Shown: positions 11,746 through 24,175 of the stretch, piece after piece
How the letters are laid out: every line of letters starts with the position of its first letter
Numbering within the stretch: the first letter of the stretch is position 1
Source: Phoronis australis
Taxonomy: Eukaryota > Animalia > Phoronida
Direction: 5' to 3'
Length of the DNA stretch: 39,293 nt
NCBI GenBank assembly: GCA_002633005.1
Contig: NMRA01000452.1
Location: 328,021-367,313, forward strand
Notes under the pieces: generated by a model
Database searches by the model: none
The model's input: only the letters and a program-made list of their open reading frames with translations
Told to the model about the DNA's origin: nothing
Position numbers and translations under genes: made by a program

Positions 11746-12502
11746 GGTTCCATGTCACTATGACGAAGGTTCAATACTCCGAAGGTCCAGTGCTCAGAAT
11801 GCCCTTTTCTCCGAAGGTTCGTTATCTTCTAAAGATCACTACTTTGAATTTCTACTATTCCAAAACCATCAGAACTCAGACAGTTCACTACTTTGCTATT
11901 GTGATCAAGACTCATTCTCAAGCAGAGACAATTACATCTGGGGCACGGCTGCGGCGACCAACGGCGGTTTCAAATTTAAGAAGACTAAATGGGACTCCCT
12001 GACTTCGTAAGGACTGGCAGGGACAGGGTGGCCTAGTAACTTCATTTAGTTTCGACCCGGCCGTGCGCGTCGCACTGCGATTCGATCTTGACATGGATTT
12101 GATGAATTGTGTCATGGCTGATAATTCATCAGTATTCCTACTTCATATCATTTTGAAATGCAAGTGCGTACTCATTTTTGACATGCGGGCAATTTCGCAT
12201 GCGCATGAAATCTGACTACCGTTTCTAGTTGTGCTGGCCAGCTGGAGACGCTGGTCACTGTCTACATCAAACCCAAACAAAGTGTTTTAGTGCCAGGGCG
12301 TTGTTTTCGGTATAGGTGCATCTAATAGACGAAATGTGGTTTATTTTAGCATGTAAACGTTTAAAAATCACATCTGAGTTTGAAAGTTTAGATATTTTTG
12401 AAGCGGTGAATCTTCGGAATGGTGAATCGTTGAAGTAGTTAACCTTCGGAATAGTCAGTGAACCTTCCGAGTAGTAAACTTTCGAAATAGTGGGATGTCC
12501 CC
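11746..12502. mobile_element. Non-autonomous DNA transposon (Mutator/foldback-like) with exact 8-bp target-site duplication
   Basis: ATTTCCAG at 11738-11745 and 12503-12510. GG...CC termini. Inverted subterminal ~17-bp repeats (TCCGAAGGTT left, AACCTTCGGAATAG right). Confidence 0.7.
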
Positions 12503-13030
12503 ATTTCCAGCGATGTAAGCAACTTAAGTAACACGCTAAAATACAACCAGATATACAATTTTGTTAAGTCATTCGCCAACTAGACTTCATATTTCCGTCT
12601 GAGTATGCAATGAGATGTAATCACTCATTTAAGCATGGCTGATTTGAAACTTCGGCAGGAAATAATACGACAATGTTCTCTTTTTGGACCACATTACATC
12701 CTAATTTATGTCCCGTCACAGCATCCTCATATCTGGTATTACAAATTCCGTCTCATCTCATGAAAATGAGTCGTCGTCATTTATACAGATTTCCCTTCCC
12801 CCTAATTAAGGTGCGTCAAAGGCATCACCGAAAACTCTACAGTGGCGACGTTTGCAAAATACGAAGATCCACCGTTCTTGAAATTCGAACCACCCCCGGG
12901 GCCTGAATAGCATACATGCATTTGAGTTGAGAGATAGGGGCGTCAAAAAAGTCGCCCTTGCATCGACCAAACCTCTGCACGCTACTGCCCCACCGCTAAA
13001 AATGTCTGTAAAGTACCTTTTGTTGCATGN

Positions 13031-13330
13031 TGTCTGGCGGGGCTAACCCACCACTAGATTTGTCTGGCAGTGTTTATTCGTGATACCTGGGCTTACTGTG
13101 AATATTTTGGAACTGGATTTAGGCGGTTACCTCTTGGGTTGATCTAGCTCAATTTTTAACCCTTTTTGATAATCGTCTGGCAGGGGCGCCCCACCATTGA
13201 AATTGTTTGGCATCTAGCTGTTGTGCCATGTTCAGTGATGCTGAACATCGTGCAATTGGTTTCAAACGGTTACCTCATGGGTTGATCTAGCTCAATTCTG
13301 CTATTTGGGCGTGTCTGGCGGGGTAACCCA
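13031..13330 (-). repeat. Inverted copy of ~9040-9335 (140-bp repeat family), next to the N at 13030
   Basis: Reverse-complement match over ~300 bp, e.g. GGTTACCTCTTGGGTTGATCTAGCTCAATTTTTAACCCTTTTTGATAATCGTCTGGCAGGGG. Confidence 0.85.
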
Positions 13331-13422
13331 ATTGGCAACCAAGTTCAAAACAGGAAATGTGTTTAAATTAAAAGTATTTTGATGGCCACAGGTTTAATGA
13401 CTACGTACTTAGAGGAAAGGTA

Positions 13423-13890
13423 GGGTGGACGAAAGATGAGATGCATTTTTCTGATATTTAAAAAATATTATAATTTTTATTTTAAAACCTTATTCTATTT
13501 ATCACCTGGGAGGAAAATATTACCAAACAGGTGGAGAGCATTTACACCTAGGTGAAAAACATTAGCAATCGGTGGAAATCATTTCCATCCGATGGAAAGG
13601 GTTTCAAATGTATGGCAGTGTCCTAATAACGGGAGAGGTTCGAGAAACGTGGAAATTAATTCCAAGTCTAACAGCGAGGTTGAAACATCTTTAGCAAAGT
13701 GTTAAAGGATCAGATCACGTGACTAAGATTATTAACGTTCGAGTAAAATCTTTCCACCCAGGTGGAATTGTTTCACGCCTGGAAAGTATTGTTTTCTACC
13801 TGGGTGCTAAAGAGAAAAAAAGTTTCAAAACAAGATGAACATTTGCATTATACAGTATGTCTAAAAATGCCAATCATCTTTTGGCCACAG
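13423..13890. mobile_element. MITE with ~28-bp degenerate TIRs, flanked by TA
   Basis: TA-GGGTGGACGAAAGATGAGATGCATTTTT ... AAAAATGCCAATCATCTTTTGGCCACAG-TA, with internal GGTGGAAA/TTTCCA repeats. Confidence 0.5.
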
Positions 13891-14119
13891 TAGAAAGGTG
13901 ATAATAATCTTCTTTGTTCTCTTTTTCACGTACATGTTGTCAGCAAGATATAAGGTGGTAATCTAGTAGCTGGTATTTTGAAATTTTGTGGAATGACTTT
14001 CTTTCGTAAACAAATTTAACATTTATCCAAGAAAATTCCACAATAGGGGGTACATCTTCTATACAGTTAACCCCGAAGTTGCGCTGTGCCATATTTTAAT
14101 GATAAATCTTTTTACTTAC

Positions 14120-14165
14120 TCGATAAGTCATTACCATCCTCAGCCGCGTCTTCTTGGTCGGCCAT
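14120..14165 (-). CDS. Probable first coding exon of the NTase-TPR gene (MADQEDAAEDGNDLS)
   Basis: ttttatttgtag|ATTTCGAAAATGGCCGAC...TTATCGA|gtaagt: good acceptor (exon starts 14174), AAAATGG start context, consensus donor. The 46 coding nt give phase 1, matching the downstream exons, and the peptide is acidic like them. Confidence 0.7.
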
Positions 14166-14521
14166 TTTCGAAATCTACAAATAAAAGCAGTATAGGTTGT
14201 GTATTCTTGGAAGTCGTCATTGAGACTCAGGTGTCTTTTTCTCCGTGAGAAACCGAGAGAGTTAGTGTATGGTTATATATGTGAAGATGAGGCTCTATTG
14301 CACCCCATGTTACAACAGCTCAAATAGAGATCGATGAAAAACAGGAGATCGGATATTTTTTGTTTGATGAAATGTTTGATGGTATTGGAACCATGTGCAG
14401 ATTTCCGTGTCAATCTTCATTTTGAAATTCGACGTTGAAGGCTTAGAATATTTCCGAAGTCCTTTCCACTCACAAACTTGCCTTAGAACAACTTGAACGA
14501 GTGCAACTAGTCTCATTTTAA

Positions 14522-14650
14522 GCGCAGCGCACAGCATACACACACAGACACACGCACACGCACGCACAAGCACGCACACAAACGCACAGGCGCACGCACG
14601 CACACACACGAACGCACACGCACGCACGAACGCCCCCCCCACACACACAT
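14522..14650. repeat. Compound (CA)/(CG) microsatellite
   Basis: Alternating purine-pyrimidine tract (cacacgcacacgcacgcac...). It explains the Cys/Val/Arg-rich ORFs here. Confidence 0.9.
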
Positions 14651-16159
14651 GTGATTACTAGGGTAAGTTGGAAGTTGTCGCTCTGTGCATGGCAATAGGT
14701 AGCTGATGCCAAAAATACGGCGCCCAAAAGAAGACCCGACGGTCTGTATGCAACCGCAGCATGCTATTACCTCAGCTTTGCATCAGGTTTGTGGCTTTAC
14801 AGCCATTAAAAGTGGAACAAGTTAACCCACCTCAAATCAGGTGGAGTAATATAACAAAATCGGGGCAAATTGCACTAGTTTAAGTAGTGCCCATGCAGAC
14901 AGTTCCCAAACCAATTGACAACTCGTTTCAGGAGTAACTTGTTTTAGATTCAGACCACGACACTACTTTGGTTACCTTTCAAACAGACGTCTATTGAGAT
15001 TGCTGGACATACATACAGTTATAACCAAATGCGACAAGTCAACAGGACATTAGGTAAGCCCGTACAAACGCCTTCTCTGATCATGTACACAGAGTTGCGA
15101 ACTAGGAGAATAAACCAGACAGACAACTTTCAACCAATCAAAATATTCATAAGAACTGCAGCGTCTTATTTGTTGCATGGTTCTTTAGTGCCACGATTGT
15201 AAAACTGAGCAAACGGAATATTGGCCGTCAAAATTTAATTTTCCAATTTCAAAATAACCTCATGTAGCTAAAAAATCACTTCATGACCACATGGACTGTA
15301 GCTCGAGCACTTCATTTGATTTTAATTTAGAGTATAACTGACTATGCTATTTTAGTATTTTTATTCATTTCGAAAGGTAAGTCCCTGGTCCATATCAAAT
15401 GTACAATACAAAACGCCTGAGATAAAAAATAAGGTAATATTTTGAATGGCGAATTCATTTTCTGAAGACATAAAATACGTAAAAGTTTAGTTCAGACGAA
15501 TTAAATTAAACATTCTCCGTTTTAAACCCTTTCCTAATGTCAGTCTATAACGTACAAATACATGTGACACTCATTTTCAGGTACTTTTACCTAACAAGTT
15601 TTAACAGAAAAAACACAAATGCTCCAGGTGTGGGAATGTTAACGTGTCTTCCTTGTTCTATACGGAGACAGTTACACGAACAATGAAAGCGGGCAAGGAT
15701 TGTCCCTAAGACCTTTGTTCTGGGTGGAGAACAAATATTCTCCGGATCCAACGAGGCATTAAAGTCCATTCCTTATAATTTTATGTCAGGCCTGTATAGC
15801 AGTCACGTATTCTCTGTATGAACTGGAATAACAAAACTTCCTTATTTCCACAGCTATTTTAGTGTCTCGTAAAGGTTACTGGAAAAGAACAAAATTCAAT
15901 TGAACGCTTGGAGCAACAACTGAATACATGGATAAATCTTAAAAACACAGACAATGTGAATAATGACAACCATCTTGAAATGCAGAAATACCTCATTCGG
16001 ATCTTAGATTAGTTTTTACAGATCTGACAAAATGGCCTCGTTTTCGAGTTATTTGCCAGACAGTAACGTCAATGGAGGCTAGATGACAGACTTGAGGCAG
16101 GGGAAATCGATTCTGTATCATTTTTGTTACAGCGGCGGGCTTAGCGATACGCCATCTTA

Positions 16160-16774
16160 AGGCCCAGTCATACAGCCGATTACGCATGAATCACGAACAG
16201 ATTTTCGCTTATGCGTGAAGCTTGCGTCGTGTGCGTAATTGGTCGGTGAAACCAACGTGGAGCATCAGTGAATGTAAGTGGATGTGCGTCGAGGGGGGTT
16301 TGTGCGCGATTTTGAGTTTTGAACGGTTCAAAAATTTTCCAACGCACAACTCTGCGTCGGTTTGCGTAATTCGTGAGTTGACGTGCGTAGTTTATGCGTC
16401 GAGTATGTGTGATTATGCGCTGGACACGCGTTTGCCACCAGTGCTTATGCGTCAGAACTGGTTCGAAATCACGCACGTCCACGTCCGTCCACTGACGCCC
16501 CACCTTCATATCACGCATGAAATACGCATATAGGACGTTCATTCCACTGACATCCACTGACAATCACTTACAAAAGTGTTTGAACGTGATCCGTCAATGA
16601 TTCATGCGTGAGGCATGCGTCGAAGGTTCGTAAGTGATATGTGCGTGGGCCATATGTGATTCGTCTCTACACCCGGAAAATTTGGTCAATTTCTCGACGA
16701 TCAAAACACGCACAAATTGAATTTGTGCGGGTTGTATGAGTGATTCATGCGTGATCGGCTGTATGACTGGGCCT
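16160..16774. mobile_element. PIF/Harbinger-type MITE
   Basis: 35-bp TIRs AGGCCCAGTCATACAGCCGAT(T/C)ACGCATGAATCAC with one mismatch. TTA duplication at 16157-16159 and 16775-16777. Confidence 0.88.
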
Positions 16775-19700
16775 TTAAGAGTGACTCCACGAGAACAGTT
16801 TCAGGCAAAAGTGACACGTCACAGATATTTTGACCTATGGCCATTTGGTACTGACACCTAAGTGCAATGATTAACGAGGTAAATATTTTAAACGACAGTG
16901 CAGCCTAATGCACGTGGCAGAGGATACTGTTAAATTAGTGTTGCACGAGCACTTTCACAAACTCATTGGTGAATCACGATTACGTTGTCTTTTCATTAAT
17001 CACCAAGCAAGCGAAGAGTGTTTAAGTAGGGCAAAATGCAGGCAATAGTTATCCAAAATAGAGTCATGCCTGTGGCGGCTTGAACTTCAATTCTAACCAT
17101 ACATGTCTGCCAATGTTTGCAGAAAACACAGTACACCTGAACTCCTCGAACAGCGTTATGCAACACAACTAATACGGTATCCAGACATCGAGAGCTTAGC
17201 CTATATAAGTTCGTGAACTTATATTCTGCTTCTAGTAATACGGTATATGAGCAGACAGCAGAAATTTGAACATCATAGAGGCACACGCTGAGACGTCACA
17301 CATAAAACAATACATTTATACGTCATATCTCCTTGAAAATACAACTTTTGAATTGGGTGGATTCTTACTTAGGGTAATCCAGCACAACGTTACAACGACA
17401 CAATTAGTAGTTAAGATAGTATCGATATTTTAAGTTTTTTGGTTGGGCCCTGATGCTGCGCCGTGTGAAACACTGTGTGTTCAATCAGTATTTCAGAAAG
17501 GGAACTTTAAACACCGATTTCTCAACTGCGCCCATGGCCTAAACTCACTTCACAAGGGTGGGTTAATTAAGATGCTAATGCCCAGTTTGTTAATTTATAT
17601 ATAAAAGTACCCTATTTGAAATAATCTAATGTTAAGACGCACTCCACTAAGCGCTTCTCAAAGCTCAAAATTAAACGAGAAGCTGTAACGTAAAAACATT
17701 AATGAGACACTGCGTACCCTTAATCAGGCCATCCGTAGTAAAGACACCCCAGTTTGCGGGGACGGTCGGTTAAGTTGTTTCTAATCTTTTTTAAAGTAAA
17801 CATTTGTAACTCACCGGAGATTCACAAAATTCGGAGCCTATATCTGTAAGATGGCGATATTGATTGATAAAACGTCGGTGAATATGACAGACGTGATTTT
17901 AGTCATCACTTCCGTGTAAATTTACAAAATTCAATTGAAACGAAAATTTAACTCTTAAAACTTATATCGGCAGTCTTTAAAAAGAACAACTAATTAAATA
18001 TTAATACAATTTACCTTTCAAGTTGCCTTCATGAATCCACAGCCAGTAGAATTGGTTGTACTAGTACGTTAGGAGAAGCCTACACAACCCTTCCTACTGT
18101 CACCGTGGTAAGAGACAAAACAAACACACCTCAAACTAAATATGTTATTGATAAAATACTTGATATGATGTTGTTTTTTTCCTGCCCTGGGACTTTGCCT
18201 TTGTGTAGTTAAAGGTTGGCTTTGTCCCTAACAAAAGAAAAAAGATACACCTGGCGCATCGTTTGGTTCAAGGAAACGATCATGGCAGGTTGCCAATTGC
18301 CACATTGTTATTGAAAGTGAAAGAAAAACACGATGGCATATCAGCGGAACAAAATGCAATTCAAATGTTTTTGTAACATAACACTGATTAAAAAATCAAG
18401 ACTATTTATATTTTATGCATATCTACGTATGTATTTTCCTCTAGATAGGCTATTTTCGTCTCTTACGGACACCTAACTTAAGTAGACACCTAAATTTGTG
18501 ATTGGCTTGTGCCTAACACGTGACTCAATGGTCTAAACAAGAAGTGTCATGGCAGTCCACATATGACTTTCCTTTAATGATATATGTCTATAAATTTACA
18601 CCGTCAAAATCATACATGTCAGAATCTTACATGTCCACCAACTAGTTCGATGAACACACAATGAACTCACAAGTCAGAGAGCGCGTGCCACGGTCCTCCA
18701 TATTTGTTGGGCGAAGAAATGAAAACAAAGGCACGCTCTCGCAAATACTCAGAATAAAATTTGAAATTTCAAATACAACAGGGGTTGTAAAATATTGCTA
18801 AAACAAAGCAACGTAAATAAGTGACCGCTCATTGCTTAAACGTGGTCATATAAGTCAATACACAGACAAACTTCCCAATGCTTTGGCTGGAATTCTTTGC
18901 TGCTAGGGTCTGGGAGGTCCCGGTCTGCTCCTGTCTAAAAGACAACTACACCGAAATTTAGACATTTATAAATTCTGGAAATTATTTCCTTTTATACCAT
19001 TAATTAACTTCATGAGAATCTATAATTTTAGTAATTATATAGAAAAATAACAGAAAAGGCGATCAGCTGTCAACGGACGACTCGCCACTGAATCACTGCA
19101 TTCCCGAAGTTTTTAGGCCAAGAGATTTATTCTTCTGTCATCTTTGGTTCATAGTGTAGTTAAAAGATCTAAAACCTAAAGTAAACCTTATGAACTTTAA
19201 CTGACCTCAATCCCAGTGAACTGAAATTTCAAACACAATGCTTGAATCATAGATTATAGATAACTATAGTCTACGCTTGGACGCTCAAAGTAGGATGTTC
19301 AAGTATGCACTTGGACGCACCCAAGTTCGCGAACACTGGATGGAAATTACTATTTCAGGCTGTGTTAAGGAGGAAAACTTCCATTGAAATATAGACAGTT
19401 TGCACAAATAAAACGCATGTAGGAGTGCTGAGGTGTCTAAATAAGGCGTTACTTTAGTGATACTCTCTATCTCTCATAACTCTCTGGTATTTGTCCCACT
19501 ACCAATTTTTTCTTGTCGTGTAGAACTAAGTTTGTATATTTTGAAACTCCATGGTCTCAAAATTCAAACGGTACTATCATAAACTCTGTTGTCAAAAGTG
19601 CTGTAAATTGAATTCATGTATATTTGTGGATCCAATATGCTAAAAAGGTGCCAAAATTGTAATTTCATACAAGTAAACATACTTCATCTCGAATGGGCAT

Positions 19701-22589
19701 CCACAAAATGATGCAAAAATAGAAACAACGCAATGATATGCGCCATCTCAAACAATTAAGTTTCGATTTATTTCAAAATATTCCCACCATTCAGCAAAAA
19801 CTCACATAAGTGGGATACATGTATGCCTAACTGGACAATGTTGCTGCCTTTGTACATGCACTCCACCGCACCCAAGTCTGATTTCAACAAACCCGAATTA
19901 AATCCCTCGATTCAGTTGGATCTGAGTATTTAGTGCTACACATTTTTGATACACATATTCCAATGTACATGTATGTCTTGTAATTGACTACAGACTGCCA
20001 CAATAAAAATAGGACAAAAGTCAATGGTCATAAACTCTATGCTGCAAACCCAGGCATTAATACTGAACAATCGTTTCTGCTATCGCATTCTCTCATGCAA
20101 AATCAATGTTTAAATCCCGTAAGGCCAAAAAATCGCATCATTGGTTCTGGGTCCGAGGACTAATCTTTCTAGTGGAAATCGAACTTGACGTTTTCTGCTC
20201 TACTTTACTTCAAACTTAAAACAAGTGTCTTGCTTAATAACTTTGAGGTCGAAAAGGTTAGGGTTTTCGTGTATAATAACATTAGTTTTCATTTGATGAC
20301 CCTAACAAAGAACGAAACAACAGACATAGATTAGATGCAAGAAGACTTTTTGATACCAAATTCAAAATATAAACTACAAACTTACAACACATTCTCTGAT
20401 ACACGTCATCTCCCCCCTCAGTTACTTTAGTTTGGGTGAACTCTAAAATCACATAAATCTTCAGGACAGAAGTTTAATAATTAAAAATGATTTTGAAAGT
20501 TAAAACCAATCCCTAAATTAATATAAATAAAAGTGGAGACACTTACCGCATAGATAGTAAACCCGATAGTATCCGAATTTCTCTGTCTGAAAGGTCTGAG
20601 AATGTTCCAAAGTACGCTACTTTGGAAGTTTAAAGTTTAAGGCAAAAACAATAAATATGTAAAGTGAAACTAGTGTCACAAGAAGTGGATTTATGTAAAA
20701 AACACCACATACAATGAACTAGGCCGGTCATTCCAGCAAAATTACCGCACACTCAAATTTATCTCTCATCCCGCCACAATAGTATTTGGCCACCAATAAC
20801 TCAACCAAGTCAAATAGTGATTGTCAGTTCCTTACTGTTTTCAAGTAGAATATTTTTGTCTTTACGATTTACACTTAATTTCTGAAAAAAGCAGATTGAA
20901 TAGGCAAACAAAGCATTCAAGCTTCTTCCCAACAACTGTCGCATTTTACATCATTTTCATATTGTACGTTGGCAAGCCTCTCCTAATTTTGCGTAATTGT
21001 TGCATTTTACGTAATCGTGACATTTGACGTTGGATGTGCGTGCGAGAAATGTACCAGTGTTACATTTTACGAAACCAACAGCATATCACCAAGTAAATTG
21101 ACAAAATCACCGACAAGTGATATCTGACACGGCCAGGTGTACTCACGTAATTATTGATGAGGAGTTCCGCCCGAAAATTTGAATACTTACACCCTGTACT
21201 CATTTTGAGAGTGGGCTCAGGCAAAAAGTGAGATATTAAGACAGTAATTTTGCGTAAAAATTACATTTTCACACAGTTCTGTTCCAGAAATTCAGAAAAT
21301 GCAACTTTTTAGATATTTTGTCAAAAATGGCACCATTGTGGAGAGCCTTTTTGATGTAAACACCCTTTTGGGCGACGCTTTTCGTATGCCTCTTCTGTAA
21401 ACATACCCTCTGGACTGTGACGGAATGAACTTATCTAAACAGCGAGAGCTGTTGCAAAGGTTTTAAAGGGGTTCATAGTTTCAACCTTAACGATATAAGA
21501 AATTTCTTGACAGCTGTGATTGCAGAGTAAGCCTCCTTTTTTGGAAACGAGGAGATTGAGATTTAAAATCTGATGTAGACATGTTCGAACTTCAAAAATT
21601 ATTTCCGAACTATCGGCAAGCACGGTAGGTATTATTTGTGACATAACTAATTATAAAACCCTCATGTAGTTTGCCATAAAAAAACTGAATCCAGATTGTA
21701 TTCTTTTCCTTGCAACTTGCTTCTAAACATGAGGATACACACCGTGTTATCATTTTTCAATTGTCTCTTTGTTGAAAACATAGTTCCTTTTCAAAGAACT
21801 GGGTCTCGTTCTACGAAGATGTGTAAGTTCAAAAACTGCGTTAAGTTAAAATCTGGAGGCAGACATTTTTCAAGCGAACCGGCAAACCAATAAAGGGCTT
21901 GGGAATATCTTTCACTCCCAATGACCAAGAAGGTTATTTCCTAATAGTTCAATTTAAAATTATATGGCTTAAAAAGTCTTTCAATGTCTATAAAAGTCGG
22001 AACACTTCTTTGCTGGATAGAATGGATGCACGCAATTTTTTTTACTTCTTAAGAATGTCTATGTAAAGTATCACATAAGGATGGAGAGTACCAATAGAAG
22101 GAAGGTAAACACAATCTAACAGAGCAAGTCTCCACTGAACATCGAAAATGTGTATTTCACCTCATCAGGCATAAGTTTCATTTCAGTTATATATATGCTA
22201 ACGATCAATTTCCATGAAAGCAAAGGAAGGAAACACCCTTCTCCTAAGCCTGTCGCTATCGAAGTGCCCGACACATACAGTCGCGCCCACGTACATGTAA
22301 CAAAGGCGCACTGAGACGAAAACAAAGACATTAGCACAAGAATAACTGAACATTTGCAACTAAATAAGAATAACAATAAGGGTTACTAAAATTCCGTCAT
22401 ATTCTCCCGCCTAACAAAAAATGTCGTCCCGACATCATTAACATACAATATGAAAACAAAGCGCAGTGAAATGGAAATCATTCAGTCTCCTCTGACTGGC
22501 TACAGACATCAAAACGCACATTCCACTTTCAGCACGGCAACGCCTGGCGCGTTTGCAACAGCAGCAAAACTCAAAATACTACAGACCTA

Positions 22590-22770
22590 CCAAGCTCCTA
22601 CCATCCAAGATCTCCGACCTATTTACAGTTTTAATCGGTCCGGCACCATCTGCCGCCAGCACAGAATACACATTATTTCTCCGAGAGACAATACGATAAG
22701 GAACTAAACCAAATGCATTCTGAATTTTACTCCTCTCTATTATGGTGGGGTCTCTAATAAAAAATCTCAC
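22590..22770 (-). mobile_element. Gypsy LTR-retrotransposon integrase C-terminal (GPY/F region) fragment
   Basis: RSKIQNAFGLVPYRIVSRRNNVYSVLAADGAGPIKTVNRSEIL resembles the KiqdrW...PY.V.....vY.v....g.g..rtvhR..L pattern. Confidence 0.55.
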
Positions 22771-22899
22771 TTGACATGAAATTACAACTGGAAACTTAGT
22801 TGTGTAAAATAACAAAACATTTTGATTGAAGGGAGATCTGCATTTTTCAGTTTCTTGAGGCAGGCATAATTTTGTGAACGTATAAGTTTTCAAAAAATG

Positions 22900-23300
22900 A
22901 GTTTTAACTAATAACATCATTTATTGTACATTGTAGGCTTTGCCTACTCATACATAAATACATAAATTCAAATGTATATTCAGAGTATTTACACAGAGAG
23001 CAGTTAAAGCCATGACCTTATGAATATACAATGCAAGGCGCTGGATACTGTCGTGGTTTTTCTGTTGGAATTACCTAATAAGAAAATAGTTAACATTCAC
23101 AAGCTCTGGTAGAAGAATTCTTCTAAGGTCTCCAAGAGCAGGGCATCGATACATGAAATGAGGCTCATCTTCAATTTCACCCAGACAGCATATGCCGCGT
23201 ATACTTTCAGTTCTAGGAATACCCATATGTCTGCCTTTCTCTATATTAAGAGAGTGTGACCTGAACATCGAAATTGCGCAAGTATTCTTCTCGAATAAGC
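22900..23300 (-). mobile_element. 3' fragment of a non-LTR retrotransposon (RTE-X-like C-terminus)
   Basis: SHSLNIEKGRH..IPR....ICCLGEIEDEPHFMYRCP, the same motif type as the 32995-33228 segment. Confidence 0.6.
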
Positions 23301-24119
23301 GCTTAAATAATTCACATATTGCTCGCTTACAAGATCACGTTTAATAAGACTATAAAATTCATATTGATATTTATTATTGCTGATGACAGTAGAAAATTGA
23401 GTTAGTTATGCTGAATCAGAGACCTATAATTAAGTTGAAACACAAAGTTTCCCTGTCGAAGTTTATTAGCTCTTTCCACCCATTAAAATATGTGCTCTTT
23501 AAGTTTTAGAAGTAGTTTGATTTCCAAAATTATCTAATATATGGATATACAGTAGAACACAGACAGTTTTTGGGAAGCTTTTATTACGTTTCTGCAACAA
23601 CCATGATAGTTAGATGATGACGACAATTACATGATAACGAGGCGTCTTGTGTATGGGTGGGGGTTTGTTGCGTGTGTCTCAGTATATATTTCCTACATCT
23701 ACATGTTATTCCGTAAATTTGTTTCAGAATTTTGCCCCACCTTTTGAAAATTTCTGGCTATTCACAAAAGACAAAAATCAATGCAATCCTACATGAAGTC
23801 GTATCTGAATAGATATGATAGCACATTAGAAATACGCAACGTTGTGAAGCTTCGTGTCAGTTGGACAAACACAGACGAAGCTCTGACCCTGACCTACATG
23901 TAGGCCAGAGAAGGCCAAAATGTTATCATCACTGGCCAGTGAGGCCGGCAGTGGAAAAATGACACCTTTAAAGTTGAGTACACAAAATGGGAAGTCTAAA
24001 GTCTATAAACGTATGTGCTTTTACGGGAATGGCAACTCTTCAGTTCCGAGAAATATATGCAACCACTTTTCACACTAAATAGGTGTTATTAGCTAGAAAA
24101 ATGAGTTTCATCGAGATCG

Positions 24120-24175
24120 GCGTCAGCGCGGAGTCGAACTTGCAACCCCTGCTTCGTAGACTATGGCTCTGCTGG
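24120..24175 (-). mobile_element. Possible tRNA-derived SINE head
   Basis: The minus strand has a B-box-like GCAAGTTCGACTCC in a tRNA-arm-like context, but no complete cloverleaf. Confidence 0.3.

Noticed and set aside
14310-14727. Cys/Val-rich ORFs (also 35041-35256)
   Set aside because: These are translations of microsatellites.
17810-17920. Non-coding first exon or promoter (minus-strand donor CCG|gtgagt near 17816)
   Set aside because: Plausible because the ATG exon has an acceptor, but other donor-like sites exist (~20548, ~21190) and cannot be ranked without transcripts.
24120-24175. Functional tRNA gene
   Set aside because: Only a B-box/T-arm-like piece is present, with no acceptor stem or D-arm.
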